Assembly: GCF_009834535.1 (NCBI RefSeq)
Contig: NC_045707.1
Coordinates: 62,560,001 to 62,624,000, forward strand
Source: Camelus ferus
Lineage: Eukaryota
Direction: 5' to 3'
Length of the DNA: 64,000 nt
Shown here: piece after piece, positions 25,810-37,870 of the stretch
Position numbering within the stretch: the first letter of the stretch is position 1
Layout of the letters: the number at the start of each line of letters is the position of its first letter
The notes under the pieces: model-generated
What the model saw: only the letters and a program-made list of their open reading frames with translations
Told to the model about the DNA's origin: nothing
Database searches by the model: none
Position numbers and translations under genes: made by a program

Positions 25810-26625
25810 TAGTGACTGATTTCCACTGCATCCATAGCATCCTTCTTCCATCCCCATTTCCAGAATGCCTGACTTTAGTTTGGAGATCCATACGGTTTTG
25901 TGGAGACTGACTCCTCTTCTGGCTTCAGTGGATGGAATATATATATAATATATATAATACAGCTAAGCCAGTGTGTGGGCTGAATTTTGCTGCCCCTACC
26001 CCTCAATTCATATATTAAAGTCTGAACTCTCAGTACCTCAGAATGTGACAGTATTTAGACATAAGATCTTTCAAGAGTTGATAAAGTTAAATGAGGTCGT
26101 ATAGATGGGTGCCAACCCAATGTAATTCCTGTTCTTACAAGAAGAAGAGATTATGACACCGACTCAGAGAGAAGACCATGTGAAGACACAGAGAGAGGAC
26201 GTTCCGCTGATAAGCCAAGGAAAGGACTCCAGGAAAAACTAACTTTGCTGATCCTTGACCATGGACTTCTAGCTTACAGAAATGTGAGAGAATGTATTTC
26301 TGTTGTTTGTTACCCAGTCTGTGGTATTTGTTAAGGCATTCCTAGGAAACTGGTATAGCCAGGTACTGTTATTGATCCAGGGGTAGGGAGGAGACCTCAG
26401 GACTTGTGGAGGGAATATGGTGAAGCAGATATCCCCTCTTTCTAGCGGAGAATAATAAGGAAGGATGTAGTACTCAGTGCTGGTATTTATCTTAGGGGGG
26501 AGCCTTAGGATGAAACCAATCTCATTAAAGCAGAATGTTGAAAACATGCCGGGTCTGCCTGCAGATTTTTAAGTTATGTGAGCCAGTAAATTAGCTACAC
26601 TTGAGCCATATGAAATAACTAATAT
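25810..26625 (+). mobile_element. Older LTR (MLT1K/LTR33-like) split by a younger MLT1
   Basis: Flanks on both sides of the insert continue as an LTR and end in AGTTATGTGAGCCAGTAAAT...AACTAATA. Confidence 0.4.
25972..26357 (+). mobile_element. MaLR solo LTR (MLT1A/B-like) with 5-bp TSD GCCAG
   Basis: CTCAGTACCTCAGAATGTGAC...AAATGAGGTC...CCATGTGAAGACACAG...TTTCTGTTGTTT...CCCAGTCTGTGGTATTTGTT; GCCAG at 25967-25971 and 26358-26362. Confidence 0.9.
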
Positions 26626-26989
26626 TTGACCATTTTTGAGCATAAAAAAGGGCAAGGTCATGTTGATCAACCCGATGTATTGCTTAATCCAGAACTTCTG
26701 TTAAAAGCTAATGAAACTGTCTCAACTGAAGAAATGGACACATAAAGTCCTATGCCTCTGAGAATTTTTAACTTGTTAAACTACTGCCAAAAATTAAAAA
26801 TTAAAGTGAAAATATACGTTATACAAGGAATATATTGATATCACTGGAGTCTCTGATGAAAGATTTCAAAAGGAATTTTGAGTCTGGTTATAGAGATATG
26901 AAGAAAATTAGAGGAAAATGTATGGGTAAATTTATTACTCTTGATATAAACTTCAATTTCTTCCTTCATATCTGGTGGCTCTCTGCCTT

Positions 26990-27130
26990 TCAGCCATTCA
27001 TTAATAAATTTTTAGTAAACCTTTCCCATGTATCAGGCACTGTGAAACTCATGGGTATGGAGAGTAAACAGAATGCACAAAGTCCCTGGCCAGAATTGCT
27101 TATTGCCCAGAGGAGAGAGGCATTAAGCAA
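26990..27130 (-). mobile_element. L2 3' fragment
   Basis: CATTCATTAATAAATTTTTAG...ATGTATCAGGCACTGTG. Confidence 0.55.
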
Positions 27131-27259
27131 ACAATTACAAACATGCATAAATACACACATAAAATTCCTTGTACTGATTAACCCTTTTCCAGTTGAAGAA
27201 GCTCTCCTTAACCTAATTCTTTGCAGTAATCTTAGCATGGGCATAGTATGCAGGCTGGG

Positions 27260-27659
27260 TACTTAGAGAACCTGTGCCCTTGCCTATAATAATGGTTTAT
27301 GGATGGATGGATATGTGATTAAACTAAGAGAATAGTAAGTCCTCTCAAAGTCTTTGCCAGAGCCAGTCATGAGAAAGCGCCCTCTTCTCTTAATACCTTT
27401 AGCTGTAATGAGGATTCATGCCTGGAACTGATGATAGCCATTTTACACACCATACAGGGGAATAAAATCAATACAAAAAATAGCAGCAGAGATAGACAAT
27501 CTTGATGGTATTTTTGAGCTTCTATCTCAATTGTGATGGAAAGAGTTTAATCCCTGGAGCATTCAATTATGCAACACCATACATTTTCTACATTTTTCTT
27601 TTCAGTTGGATGTATTTAGGTTCAACCTACTTGGATCAAAATTATTGTTAACTAACACA
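27260..27659 (+). mobile_element. Old MaLR LTR (MLT1K-like)
   Basis: GCCTGGAACTGATGATAGCCATTTT...TTTGAGCTTCT...CCCTGGA...AACTAACACA. Confidence 0.5.
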
Positions 27660-28104
27660 TCTCTCTGTTCACTTGGAGATCTGCATATCTGCAAAAAGTC
27701 AAAATACCTTTTTTGTCCTGATCTTTATATTTTAAGAGCATCCTATGTTTAAGTCTATCATTGAATGTCACAATGTACATTACAGTTATCTATTCTTTAT
27801 TTTATACTCTGTTGGAATTAGAGATCCTTGAATAGTACAATCTCTCATTTATCTTTCTATACCTGGAGCATAGTACATGCTAATATTTATTAAAGGAATG
27901 AATACTCAAAACATAAAATTTACGATTACTGACATGCTCATCAGCTTAACATACTACAAAGTAAAGCATTTAAATTGGAATTTAATGAGATAAAAGAAAA
28001 CTTACCATTTTAAAATTCCAAAAGGCAAGGTGTTTTGATTCTATAATAAATCTTCAAATATGTATGCTTTTTTCACAGTTCACAAATTCCTCTCATAAAT
28101 ATTT

Positions 28105-28262
28105 TTCCCATTTTATTCTCACAAAAACCTTGTGAAATAAGCAAGGCTAATATCTTCATTTTGTAGAATCAGAAACTGAAGTTCCTGAAGTTAGAGAGAA
28201 TACATTACTTATTCAAAGACATGTCTACAGTAAGTAGCAGATCCAGAATTAGAAACTAGATA
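28105..28262 (-). mobile_element. MIR SINE
   Basis: TTCTCACAAAAACCTTGTGAAATAAG...CATTTTGTAGAATCAGAAACTGAAG...AGTAAGTAGCAGATCCAGAATTAGAAAC. Confidence 0.65.
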
Positions 28263-29090
28263 TATTATGTATTTATAAGATACCTTCAATAGCAAAACTT
28301 GGTAACCTTTATTTCTTCTTCTGTAGCTTGTACTCGCATTGGCAGTCTGTGGTGAATAATAATTTTTCCAAATAAACATGGATAGCAAGGTCTTCTTAGG
28401 GTGTTTCAGAGACTCATGTATTATTGATATGTAAGTGGAAAATACCCTCCTATTTGTGGTATTTAGCCATATTTCCTGACTTGGAAGGATTATAAGATCT
28501 CTGTTGAAATATCTCAAAACTTGTCCACACATTTAGATATAGAGATATCATTTAGAAAGTGTTAGAAAGTGTCCCAGTGGAAATTAGATAATAGAGAGGA
28601 CCATGGGAACTGAGAGAGAGACAGGGAGAGAGCCAGAGAGAGGGGACACATGTGAAAGTAAAGAGTATGGCATTATGTACTTGAATCAGTAACAGACTAA
28701 GAAGAAGTGAGCAATTTCTCACAGTACAAAAATGGACTTCATACTTGAATCCTCCTGGTCCAGACCCTAAGTTTCTTATAAACCCTTGGAGAGAAACCAG
28801 TGTTTAGCAAAATGAAAAGAACCCCTGTCTTCAGTGCTCCATGGGATTTTTTTTTTTTTTCTGGAAATCTCTCTGCACTCTACCTCCTTCCAACAGATGG
28901 AGAGCAAGAGGGGCAGTGGAAGTCACAGTCAGCTCCTCACTACCGTGTGGATGTTCTGAAGAGAGGCACGACCAGTGTGAATCCCATGAGAGAACTGGGA
29001 ATCCAGAGCTCAAAATTGAAGCACCAAGAGAGCAACCAAATGAAGACCAGTAGCCACCAAGGTTGAGGGAGGTCAATGTGGATGAGTGCT

Positions 29091-29520
29091 TGTATTAAGA
29101 TAGTGGATCCCTCATGCAAGCAGAAGCCAAAATTGCAATGTTTTAAACAAAGTGATAGATTATTTTCTACTCATGACATAAGCACTTTAGGGCTTGGATA
29201 GTGACTCCATAGCATGATTTTGCTCTGCTGTGCTTAGGAGATAGCTCTTGTCTGCATGATCCAAATGGCTCTTTAGTTCTTCCACAGTTTAACTAGGTCC
29301 TGGGGCAAGGAGGAAAGAGGATAGGAAAGGTATGATGTATGCCTTGAAATTTGCATCTATCATTAGCCAAAGCTTAGTCACATGGTCATACATAGTCAAA
29401 GAAAACTAGGGAATGCTGTCTTTATTATGAACAGCCATATGGTTCTGCTAATAATTGAAGATTTTATTACATTGAAAGCAAGGGGAAGCAGTTATTTGGG
29501 GATTTACTAGGAGTCCGTAA
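29091..29520 (-). mobile_element. Old MaLR LTR (MLT1J-like)
   Basis: TTAAACAAAG...CATTAGCCAAAGCTTAGTCACATGGTCA...CTAGGGAATGCTGTCTTTATT. Confidence 0.6.
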
Positions 29521-30779
29521 CACAATGCTATCGTATAGGCAGCTTAAGAAGAAGGTTGACAGGAACAGATTTGTGCAGTGTGCAGACAGAACAGGAGAAG
29601 ACAAAGGCCAAGAGGGAGGGCAGGAGTAGCAGCTGGAATAGAGAAGTCTGGCAAAGGTTAATTTCAATGGACACACTGTATGTAACGACTGTTCCCTTAG
29701 AAGGGTCCAAGAAAGGTATTAAAGGGAAATGCCTTTCTTTCTGACAGATGAGAAAAAATAAGTCATTCATCATGGACGCTTGGGCTTTTAAAGCGGCATA
29801 CTAGGTTCCATAAGATAACAGACAACAGAACCAAGGGGTCATTTTTAGATACATGTGGATTAGAACTTAAATAGCACTCACATGCAAAGGTAAGCATATC
29901 CATATGTAAATGGAGTCCCTTTATAATTGTAAATTTATATTTTTAAGTTGTCTTATTGGTGATATGTGGAGTAGACAGAAAAATATAAAATACATATTAA
30001 GCCCAAGATAAATATAGATGTGAATATGAAGGAAGGAAGGGATTCATCTAAGGCACTAAAAGCGAATGAGTTTCAGAACAGATAAAGTCTATTCAAGAAA
30101 AAGCTTGAAGAACAATAATTTTGAGATAGGATTTAAGCTGGCCCCTTTAGAAAACTGTAACCTTAAGAAAACTCATAGTGTGAAATCCTTGGAAGGTCCA
30201 GTCATTGACTACTGTCTTATGTGTATCCAAGAGAGAAACTTTGACTTGACTTTTGGGTTATATGTGGGTCTTAGCTAGAACAAGGTTCATTATTTTTCTA
30301 AATTTCCAGAAGGCAGGAAACATGCAAGTAAACAACAACAATAACAACTGGGTTCAGAAGTCAAAGAATTTGAGCCAAAAGAATGAATTAATCAACAAAC
30401 TATACTTTGTATCTATAGCATTACATTCTTCTTATAATAGCAAGATTCTTCACACTGTAACCAAAAATGTTTGCTAAAATTTGTTAAGTAGGTGATGCAT
30501 TAAATAATTCTCCACAAAGAGATTTAGAGGAAAAGACAGTACAAGCCCCCAGCTCAAACTGAAATGATGAGAAATCACTTAATATACCTTGATTCATACA
30601 TATATCAATGTATAATATGACTTAAAAAGAGTTCCCCTCTTTAAGAGTGGCCATGGAATATTTCAAAAGTTTGATGACCAAATCAGTCTTATTCCACAAA
30701 CAAAAGGCTTCTGCAAACCTTCTATAGTAAGGTGTTTTCCATCCAACATGGTAGTCAGAGAATGTGCTAAGGAATCTTA

Positions 30780-30990
30780 ACTACTAGATTTGTGGTTTCA
30801 CTAATGACTGGTGTGTGATTTGGGGTAAGTTACCTAAATGGTTTAGGTCTATTTTTTGTTTCATTTTCAAAACGTTTTAAAGGTAAATTTACTTAAGAGA
30901 ATTGTTGAGACTATTTAATGCGATGACGTTAATTAACCATTTGCTAGCTGTGTTACAAGCAATGAGTACATGCTTAGGTTATGGTTACTC
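30780..30990 (+). mobile_element. MIR SINE
   Basis: TGTGTGATTTGGGGTAAGTTACCTAA...TTGTTGAGACTATTTAATG. Confidence 0.55.
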
Positions 30991-31411
30991 ATAAAGAGTG
31001 AGTAGAGCTCTTTGTAGTAGGGCAGGATGAAAATTCCGTAGCAAATGGAATCTACAGTGAAGGACTTCCATATTCTCACTGCATTAGTTAGAAAATTTTG
31101 TTGCCTTTATTTGAGGTCCTTTCACCAGAAGTTGTCCATATCTACTTCTACTTTGATTTGGCAATGAGTCCAAGAAGTTTGTAGTTTCAAGTTTTGCCCC
31201 AATTTCCTACCAATATTCTTGCCCTTCTACTCCATGAAATTCTGAGGTGGTAGATGACATTTGAGAGTTGGAATTACTTTTTTTTTTTTTCACTAATTTA
31301 CTTCAGATTCAGTTATTACTATGTAATTCCCTGAACTGACTTATTTTCCACTTTTTTTTTGGATGGGTGGAGATTTATTTTCATAGAAGATTTATTTCTA
31401 AAAATGAGCCC

Positions 31412-31778
31412 TGTAATAATGTCCTAGGACTGCTATAATAATTCTTCACAAATTGGTGGCATAAAAGAATAGACATTTATTCTTTCACAATTCTGGAAGC
31501 TAGAAGTCTGAAATGTAGCAGGGCTGTGCCCCCTCTGTCGCTGTAAGAGAAAATGCATTCTTTGCCTCTTCCGGCTTCTGTTAGCTGCCCTGGTACCCCT
31601 GGGCTGTGGTCACATCATCCCTGTTTCTGCTTACATCTTCACATTTCTTTTCCACTGTACCTGTGTTATTTCCCTTTCCCTCTCTCTTGTAAATTGTGTG
31701 TGATGGCATTTAGACCTCACTCCAATAACCGAGGGCAATCTCCTCATCTCAAAATCCTTAATTGCATTACGTCTTCAG
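31412..31778 (-). mobile_element. MaLR LTR (MLT1C-like)
   Basis: TAGGACTGCTATAA...TTTATTCTTTCACAATTCTGGAAGCTAGAAGTCTGAAAT...GCCTCTTCCGGCTTCTG...CTCATCTCAAAATCCTTAA. Confidence 0.8.
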
Positions 31779-32733
31779 TCCAGTTCACAAAAGTTGAAAA
31801 AGTTACTGGTAGAAAATTGTGGAATGTATAGAGAAACCACTTTCCATATATTTTGACTTAAGAGGAGATTCATACTCGTGTAAAAAATAGAACTGTTGAT
31901 ATAGAAGTCACTTTGAGAGCACCTTCTTCCTGGAGTTCCTGACTTTATGAATGAGAAAATGGAGTCTTATAGTAAGTGGTTTGAAAAGATTGGGCCCTCT
32001 GTCAGAGGAAGTGAGAGGGCTAGAAGCCAGGTTTCAGTTCCAAGGTTTTTGTGCTCCCTCCAACCCTTGCTGGGAAAAGCTTACTAATTCATTAGATCAA
32101 CTTCTCAATTTCTAAAATTACCTGACACATAAAGGAATAATTCTGATTATTTATCAATATAAGGTAAACTAAGTATTACACTATTTTAGGAAAGAAAATA
32201 TAAAAATAAATGCAAGAAAATTCACCAGATATCATCTAAAAGCTGCAGAGAACACAAGAAAAAAAAATCACTAAAGCAGAAAAAAGAAATCTTAATATTT
32301 CCCATTGTCTTAGTAACAATACACCATTTTATCTATTCTTAACAAAATATATGAGTGCAGGACTCCCTCACTGGTAGATGGGGGACACAGCTGCTTAGTA
32401 AAGGTTAAACAGCTGTACAAAATATATTTTCTCCTGCTAACTAATTTGAATATTTTTTTCAATAGAGTTAAAAAATGACAAGAAATAGAGCACTTCTTGT
32501 CATTGTTTAACACAATCAGGGGAAAAAAAAAAAGCCCTCACACTGATTGCAAGAAAAGAAGTTAGTTACTGTCTTGCTCTCATGAATATATTATTCCCAA
32601 TTGATACACAATATTGCAGTCAGTTATTAGATTAACTATTTGTAACCTCATAAATCTGAAGCCAAGAGCTTGTGGAATTGGAACTAATAGAAAAAGTCTG
32701 ATGGGGATGAATGAATAAAAGACAATGCCTGGA

Positions 32734-32900
32734 AGTGCTTCTCAAGCTTTAAGGGGCCCAGGAGTCAACTGGGGATCTTGTTCAAATGCAGATCCCAGAT
32801 CTTGTTTGATAAATCAGGGGTGGAGTCTCAGATTCTGTAGTTCCCAGAAAGTTTGCAGGTGATGCTGAGGTTGCTGGACCACGATTCAAGTTTCAGGTAT
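32734..32900. mobile_element. MER5A-like hAT-Charlie DNA transposon relic
   Basis: AGTGCTTCTCAAGCTTT...GGGGATCTTGTTCAAATGCAGAT...CAGGTGATGCTGAGGTTGCTGG. Confidence 0.75.
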
Positions 32901-33689
32901 TGAGGTGGGAGATTCCACAGCGGGGGAAGAAGCCGCACAGAAGTGTGGCTAAACATAAAGCAGAAATCTTCCCAGAGCTCATGTATTGTATATCACAGTT
33001 CTGCTGATGACCAGAACTGTCCAACACATTTACACTTGTGCAAGTCCACTACCTCAGGTCTGACCAAGGTGCCTTGAAGATTCCTTCAGTTTTATTAAAT
33101 TTTATACAGGCTTCTTAATCTCAAAAAAAAAATTCTCAAACTTCCATGAAAACAGATTCAGAGCTCAATTACTGGGTCCCCTTTCCATGTGCTGCAAACC
33201 TGTCACTTTGGTCTAATAGAGGAGAGCCACCTAGAACTGTCCTCCCCAATCACTGATTCATCACCATTTACTTTCCTCTTCAAATGAAAAGCACAAGCTC
33301 TCTAAGTGTCAATTTATGTATGACTGACAGATGTCTGAGACTCCATATTCCAAATTTCTGCTTAGATATAGGTGTGGTATCCTCCCATGTTTGTTTTATG
33401 AATTATCAAAGCTGATATAGTAAAATCTTTTGCTTTATATGTGCACAAGGATTACCTGTCTATCTCTCTATAAATCTACCTATAAATTCTTGCTGATATA
33501 TTCATCTCAATATATGTCAAGGAAATAAACTTTACAGTTGGAAAAAGTACCACCTAAATAAATAAACTGAGGCTTCAATAGTCTTTTACTTCTAAACATA
33601 CATGATATTTTAAGTTAGCACATATTTTCTCCCCATTATGGTATTTACTATATTCTTATACTTTGTAGTACATTAAATATAACCATTTG

Positions 33690-33870
33690 ATAGCTACCTA
33701 TATAAGGTGACTAGCACTGCATGCATAACATAAATATTTTTCTAAATACTTTGCTATAATCCTTACAATAATCTATAAATCAGGTATGATTATTATCATT
33801 ATTATCATTATTTTACTCATGAAGGATCTTGAAGCACAGAGAGGTTAAGTAACTTGTCTAAGGTCATACA
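33690..33870 (-). mobile_element. MIR SINE, interrupted by an LTR at 33872
   Basis: AATCCTTACAATAATC...GCACAGAGAGGTTAAGTAACTTGTCTAAGGTCATACA. Confidence 0.75.
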
Positions 33871-33871
33871 T

Positions 33872-34415
33872 TGTCAAGGAGAAGGAAATTTTCCTATCCC
33901 CTTCTAAGTAATTCCAGGTGATCAAAGAATTAAATTGACATGAGACAGACTAACAGAAAAATTTGAAAAAAAAAAAAAAAGTTTAATGACACATACACAT
34001 GAGAGAGTCCTGGGAAAACTAAATGACTTGCCAAAATGGCCAAGATTCTCACCTTAAATAACATCTTCAGCTAAAGACAAAAGAGGATGTTGGGGGTCAT
34101 AGTTTGGGACTTCAAAGGGGAGGAAGGCCGTTCACAGGGAGGTGGAAAATCAAATGTTTAGTAAACACATGTTTGCTGGGCCATGCAGAGACAGAATGTA
34201 CTTCAATCTCCACACACCAACCCATATTCTTTGCAGGTATCTCCGGTGATAGCTCTATTTCAGGAACAGGTCCTTTATCTAAATTCTTTTAGGCATTTCA
34301 GGGAGAGCCAACAAGAAAAAATTCTGGGGTCTTTTGTTTCTTAACAATAAGCAGTCTTAATTAATCCTTATGCCAAAGAGACACATTTTGGAGTGGCAAA
34401 TTTTGCTTCCCTACC
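33872..34415 (-). mobile_element. ERV1-type solo LTR
   Basis: AATTAAATTGACATGAGACAGACTAACAG...CCTTAAATAACATCTTCAGCTAAAGAC...ATGCCAAAGAGACACATTTTGGAGTGGCAAATTTTGCTTCCCTAC. Confidence 0.7.
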
Positions 34416-34459
34416 TATCTGGTAAGTGAAGAAACTTGGACCCAAGAATTTTGTGGCTT

Positions 34460-34989
34460 TGATACAGGAAAATAGCAGGGTGTGAGAGCTTGACCATGTC
34501 CCAGGTCTCCGCTGAGTCCTGGGACACACACTGCCAAATGAGGGTCCTTGGCGTTCATAGGAAAGAATTCAAGAGCAAGCCACAGTTGAGTAGAAGTAGG
34601 TTTATTTAGGAAGACATAGACAGAGTGTAGGCCATCTCATAAGGCAAGAGAGAAAGACAGTGAGAGTGACTGAGAGGCACAGTGTGGCTAGTTTTTATAG
34701 CTAGCAAGTAAGAGGATTATTACAACTCCTTTGGGGAGGGGGTAGGAATTCCCAGGAATTGGGCCGAGACCCTCTCTTTGACCTTTCAGCTGTCACAGTG
34801 CCTGTGGATGTGTCATCCACCATGCTAGTGCGTTAAATGTGTATAATGAAGCTCCAGGTCCACTGGAGGTCGGATCTCCCACCTTCTTGGGCCTCCAGGT
34901 CTACCGGGAGTTGACTTTTCTGCCATCTTGGTGCTAACTGCTGTGTCATCCTTTAAAAGCTGTGCCCTGAGCCCTTCCTTCCCGTCTCA
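34460..34989 (-). mobile_element. ERV1-type solo LTR with 4-bp TSD GCTT
   Basis: TG...CA termini; imperfect terminal inverted repeats TGATACAGGAA and TTCCCGTCTCA; GCTT at 34456-34459 and 34990-34993; reverse polyA signal (TTTATT) and TATA (TTTTATAG). Confidence 0.85.
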
Positions 34990-35589
34990 GCTTGAGAGCT
35001 TAGCCATCAAACATTTTGTGGGGTGCAGTGACTATTCATAATCATTTCTTAATGTACTGAAATTACTTGGGAGTTGGGAAATGTGGGGATTACAGCTAGA
35101 CTTACCTCTGGGCACTTGCATTTTAACAAACAATAGAGGACACATTTGAATTGAAAGACAGCTTAAAACTGCAGTAGTGCTTTGAATGCTGCTCTTAGTT
35201 CTCAAACAACTGAACTGATAAGCAAACACTCACTGTACTATTATAACATACATTTAATATAATATCAATGGGTATTATATAACAGAATACTTATACTAAC
35301 CTCTTTCTCTATATGTATAGAATATGTAGATTATAAATATGCTTTATATATACATACACATGTCAAATGCTGAGATTTCTTGCTGAGATCACAAATACTT
35401 TGTCATAAATCTTTGGGATAAAAAAGTTGCAACATTGTAGACAATAATTTTATGAAAACTCTGACTTGGAGTTCTCTTTTATATTGCTTTCATCAGTGAT
35501 TAACTTAAATGACATCTAAAAGATGATAGTGATGTCGTTTTTAGAGATATGTGAAGCACCTAATATTGCTTTTACTAGAAATGATATTA

Positions 35590-36740
35590 TCTTAAAAGAA
35601 TAAAAAGAGAAGCCACAGACTGGAAGAAAATATTTACAAAATACTTATCTCATATAGGACTTCTATCCAAAATATACAAAGAATTCTTAAAAATGAATGA
35701 TGGAAAAAACAAAACAATTTTAAAAATGGGCAAAAAATCTGAACAGACACCTCACCAGTAAAGAGGCACAGATGACAAATAAACAGAAAAAGATGCTCAA
35801 ACTCATGTCATTAGAAAATTTCAAATTTAAACAACACTGAGATACTACTGCACACCTGTTGAATAGCTACAATTAAAAACAAAGGCAGAACAAACAAAAA
35901 CTTGACAACGCCAAATACTAGAGTGGATACGGAGCAGTAAGAATGCTCATCCGTTGCTGATGTGAATGCCAGATGGTATATCCACTCTGAAAGACAGTTT
36001 GACAGTTTCTTGCAAAGATAAACATAGTCTTACCATATGTTCCAGTTATCATATGCCTAGGTATTTACCCGACTCAGTTAAAAACTTAATCTACACAAGG
36101 ACCTAGACACAAATATTTATAGCAGTTTGGTAAAAACTGGCAAAAAAAATTGGTCACAAACAAGATGTCCTTCAATAGGTGAATGGCTGAACAAACTGGT
36201 ATATTCATACAACGGATGTTATGAAATATATTCCACAACAAAAAGAAATTAGCTGCCATATGATATAGCAGTTGCACTTCTGGATGTATATGTGGAAAAG
36301 GTGAAAGCACTAATTTAAAAAGATACATGCACCCCAATGTTCATAACAGCACTGTTTACAATTGCCAAGACATGGAAGCAACTCAAGTGCCCATCAAAGG
36401 AAGACTGGATTAAGAAGACGTGATAAATAGGTGAAGCACAGGAAATTTTTAGGGTAACACTCTGCTATACCATACTGTAATGGTAGATGCATGACATTAT
36501 GTGTTTGTCAAAGCCAATAGAACAGTGGAACACAGAGTAAACCTTAATGTAAACTGTGGATTTAGTAAGTCATAATACATCAGTATTGACTCATTTATTG
36601 TTATAAATGCACCAGACTAACACAAGATGGTGTAATAGTAGAGGAAACCGTGCACACATGGGGGTTGTGTGCACTATCTTCTCAATTATTCTGTAAATCT
36701 AATACCATTAGAAAAATCAAGTCCATTAACTTAAAAAATG
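35590..36740 (+). mobile_element. Old LINE-1 (L1MC-like) ORF2 end and 3' UTR
   Basis: AGCCACAGACTGGAAGAAAATATTT...TGAACAGACACCTCACC...AAGATGTCCTTCAATAGGTGAATGG...GAGTAAACCTTAATGTAAACT. Confidence 0.9.
36251..36423 (+). mobile_element. Internal fragment of a different L1 (ORF2 C-terminal region) embedded in the L1MC 3' UTR
   Basis: GCTGCCATATGATATAGCAG...AAAGATACATGCACCCCAATGTTCATAACAGCACTGTTTACAATTGCCAAGACATGGAAGCAAC...GGATTAAGAAGACGTG; no A tail. Confidence 0.75.
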
Positions 36741-37639
36741 ATACTGTAAGGATTAGTAACAACAATGTTCTTGCTATATGTTCATTGCAAGCCACATAGA
36801 ATCTTTTTGAAGTCCAGTTATAAAATAATTCTGTATGAACAAGGTCAAATCCCCAATGCCAATGTAAATAGTAATCATTCTACTATTTGAAAATCTGCCC
36901 TGACACAAATTAACTTAAAGCCACGTTGATGCCACAGATAAGTAAAAATAAAAATAAAAATGTACTTTCTGAATTATTTTACATTTTTCCTTTAAATGAA
37001 TAAACCAGGTGAAAATAGATCTGTCAGAAATGAATTGATCATTTCTCTTAAAAACTTAAGTGGCATTAAAATAGAATTTTAAGGATGCAATCATTAAAAA
37101 AGGTAAAGGCAGATAATTAATTTAAGAGCAGAATCTTCAGTTAAAAAAAAAAAAAAAAGACTGAATTCAAATTCTGTCTTCATATGACCTGCCAGCTGAG
37201 TGATCCAGAGTTCATCTACCCAAACTCGAAGTCTTGTTTTCTCACAGATAACATGACGATAATAATGTGACCTCATTTACGTATCTGTCATAGTAAATGA
37301 GCAAATAGGCTTCAGCCTGCTACCCGGCACACACTAGGTGCTCAATGATCAGTCATTCAGTGTTGAAGATCTTATGCTTAAGCTGTTGCTCAGTCCCAGA
37401 TCACTAGTTAATAATTAATTACATTTAGTCATTTGTTTGCTACAGTCTTTACATTCATGCACATCCAATACCTCAGATCTGACCAGGATGCCCTGAAATT
37501 CCCATCAGCTTCGGGGAAGTTACAGTGACTTTTTTCCAGTGTCATCCTCTTCCAGAAGTTTCGACTGAAAAAGAGACTCCTCCTCTCTTTTAAGTAAGTG
37601 AAGTTTAGTGGAACAACACTAGGATAGTTGAAGGAAAAA

Positions 37640-37870
37640 AAAAACAAAACCTGGTTAATTCTGATTTTGCCACTTGCCAAAAACGTTTCCTTTGTGGAGG
37701 GTGTCATGTTCTCTTATTGAATCTTCAGTCTCTTCAAATGTTTACTGGCTCATATTGTAGAAATTATTAGCAAGTGCATTTTTTGTGATTATTGGAAGGC
37801 TACAATAAAATGTATTTAATAGTGGTATGAAAACCACAAAGTGCTACACAAATATAAGGTATTATTATGA
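37640..37870 (+). mobile_element. MIR-like fragment
   Basis: Ends AAAGTGCTACACAAATATAAGGTATTATTA. Confidence 0.45.

Noticed and set aside
26835..27266. 143-aa ORF
   Set aside because: Overlaps an antisense L2 tail, lacks an ATG start and has no recognisable domain
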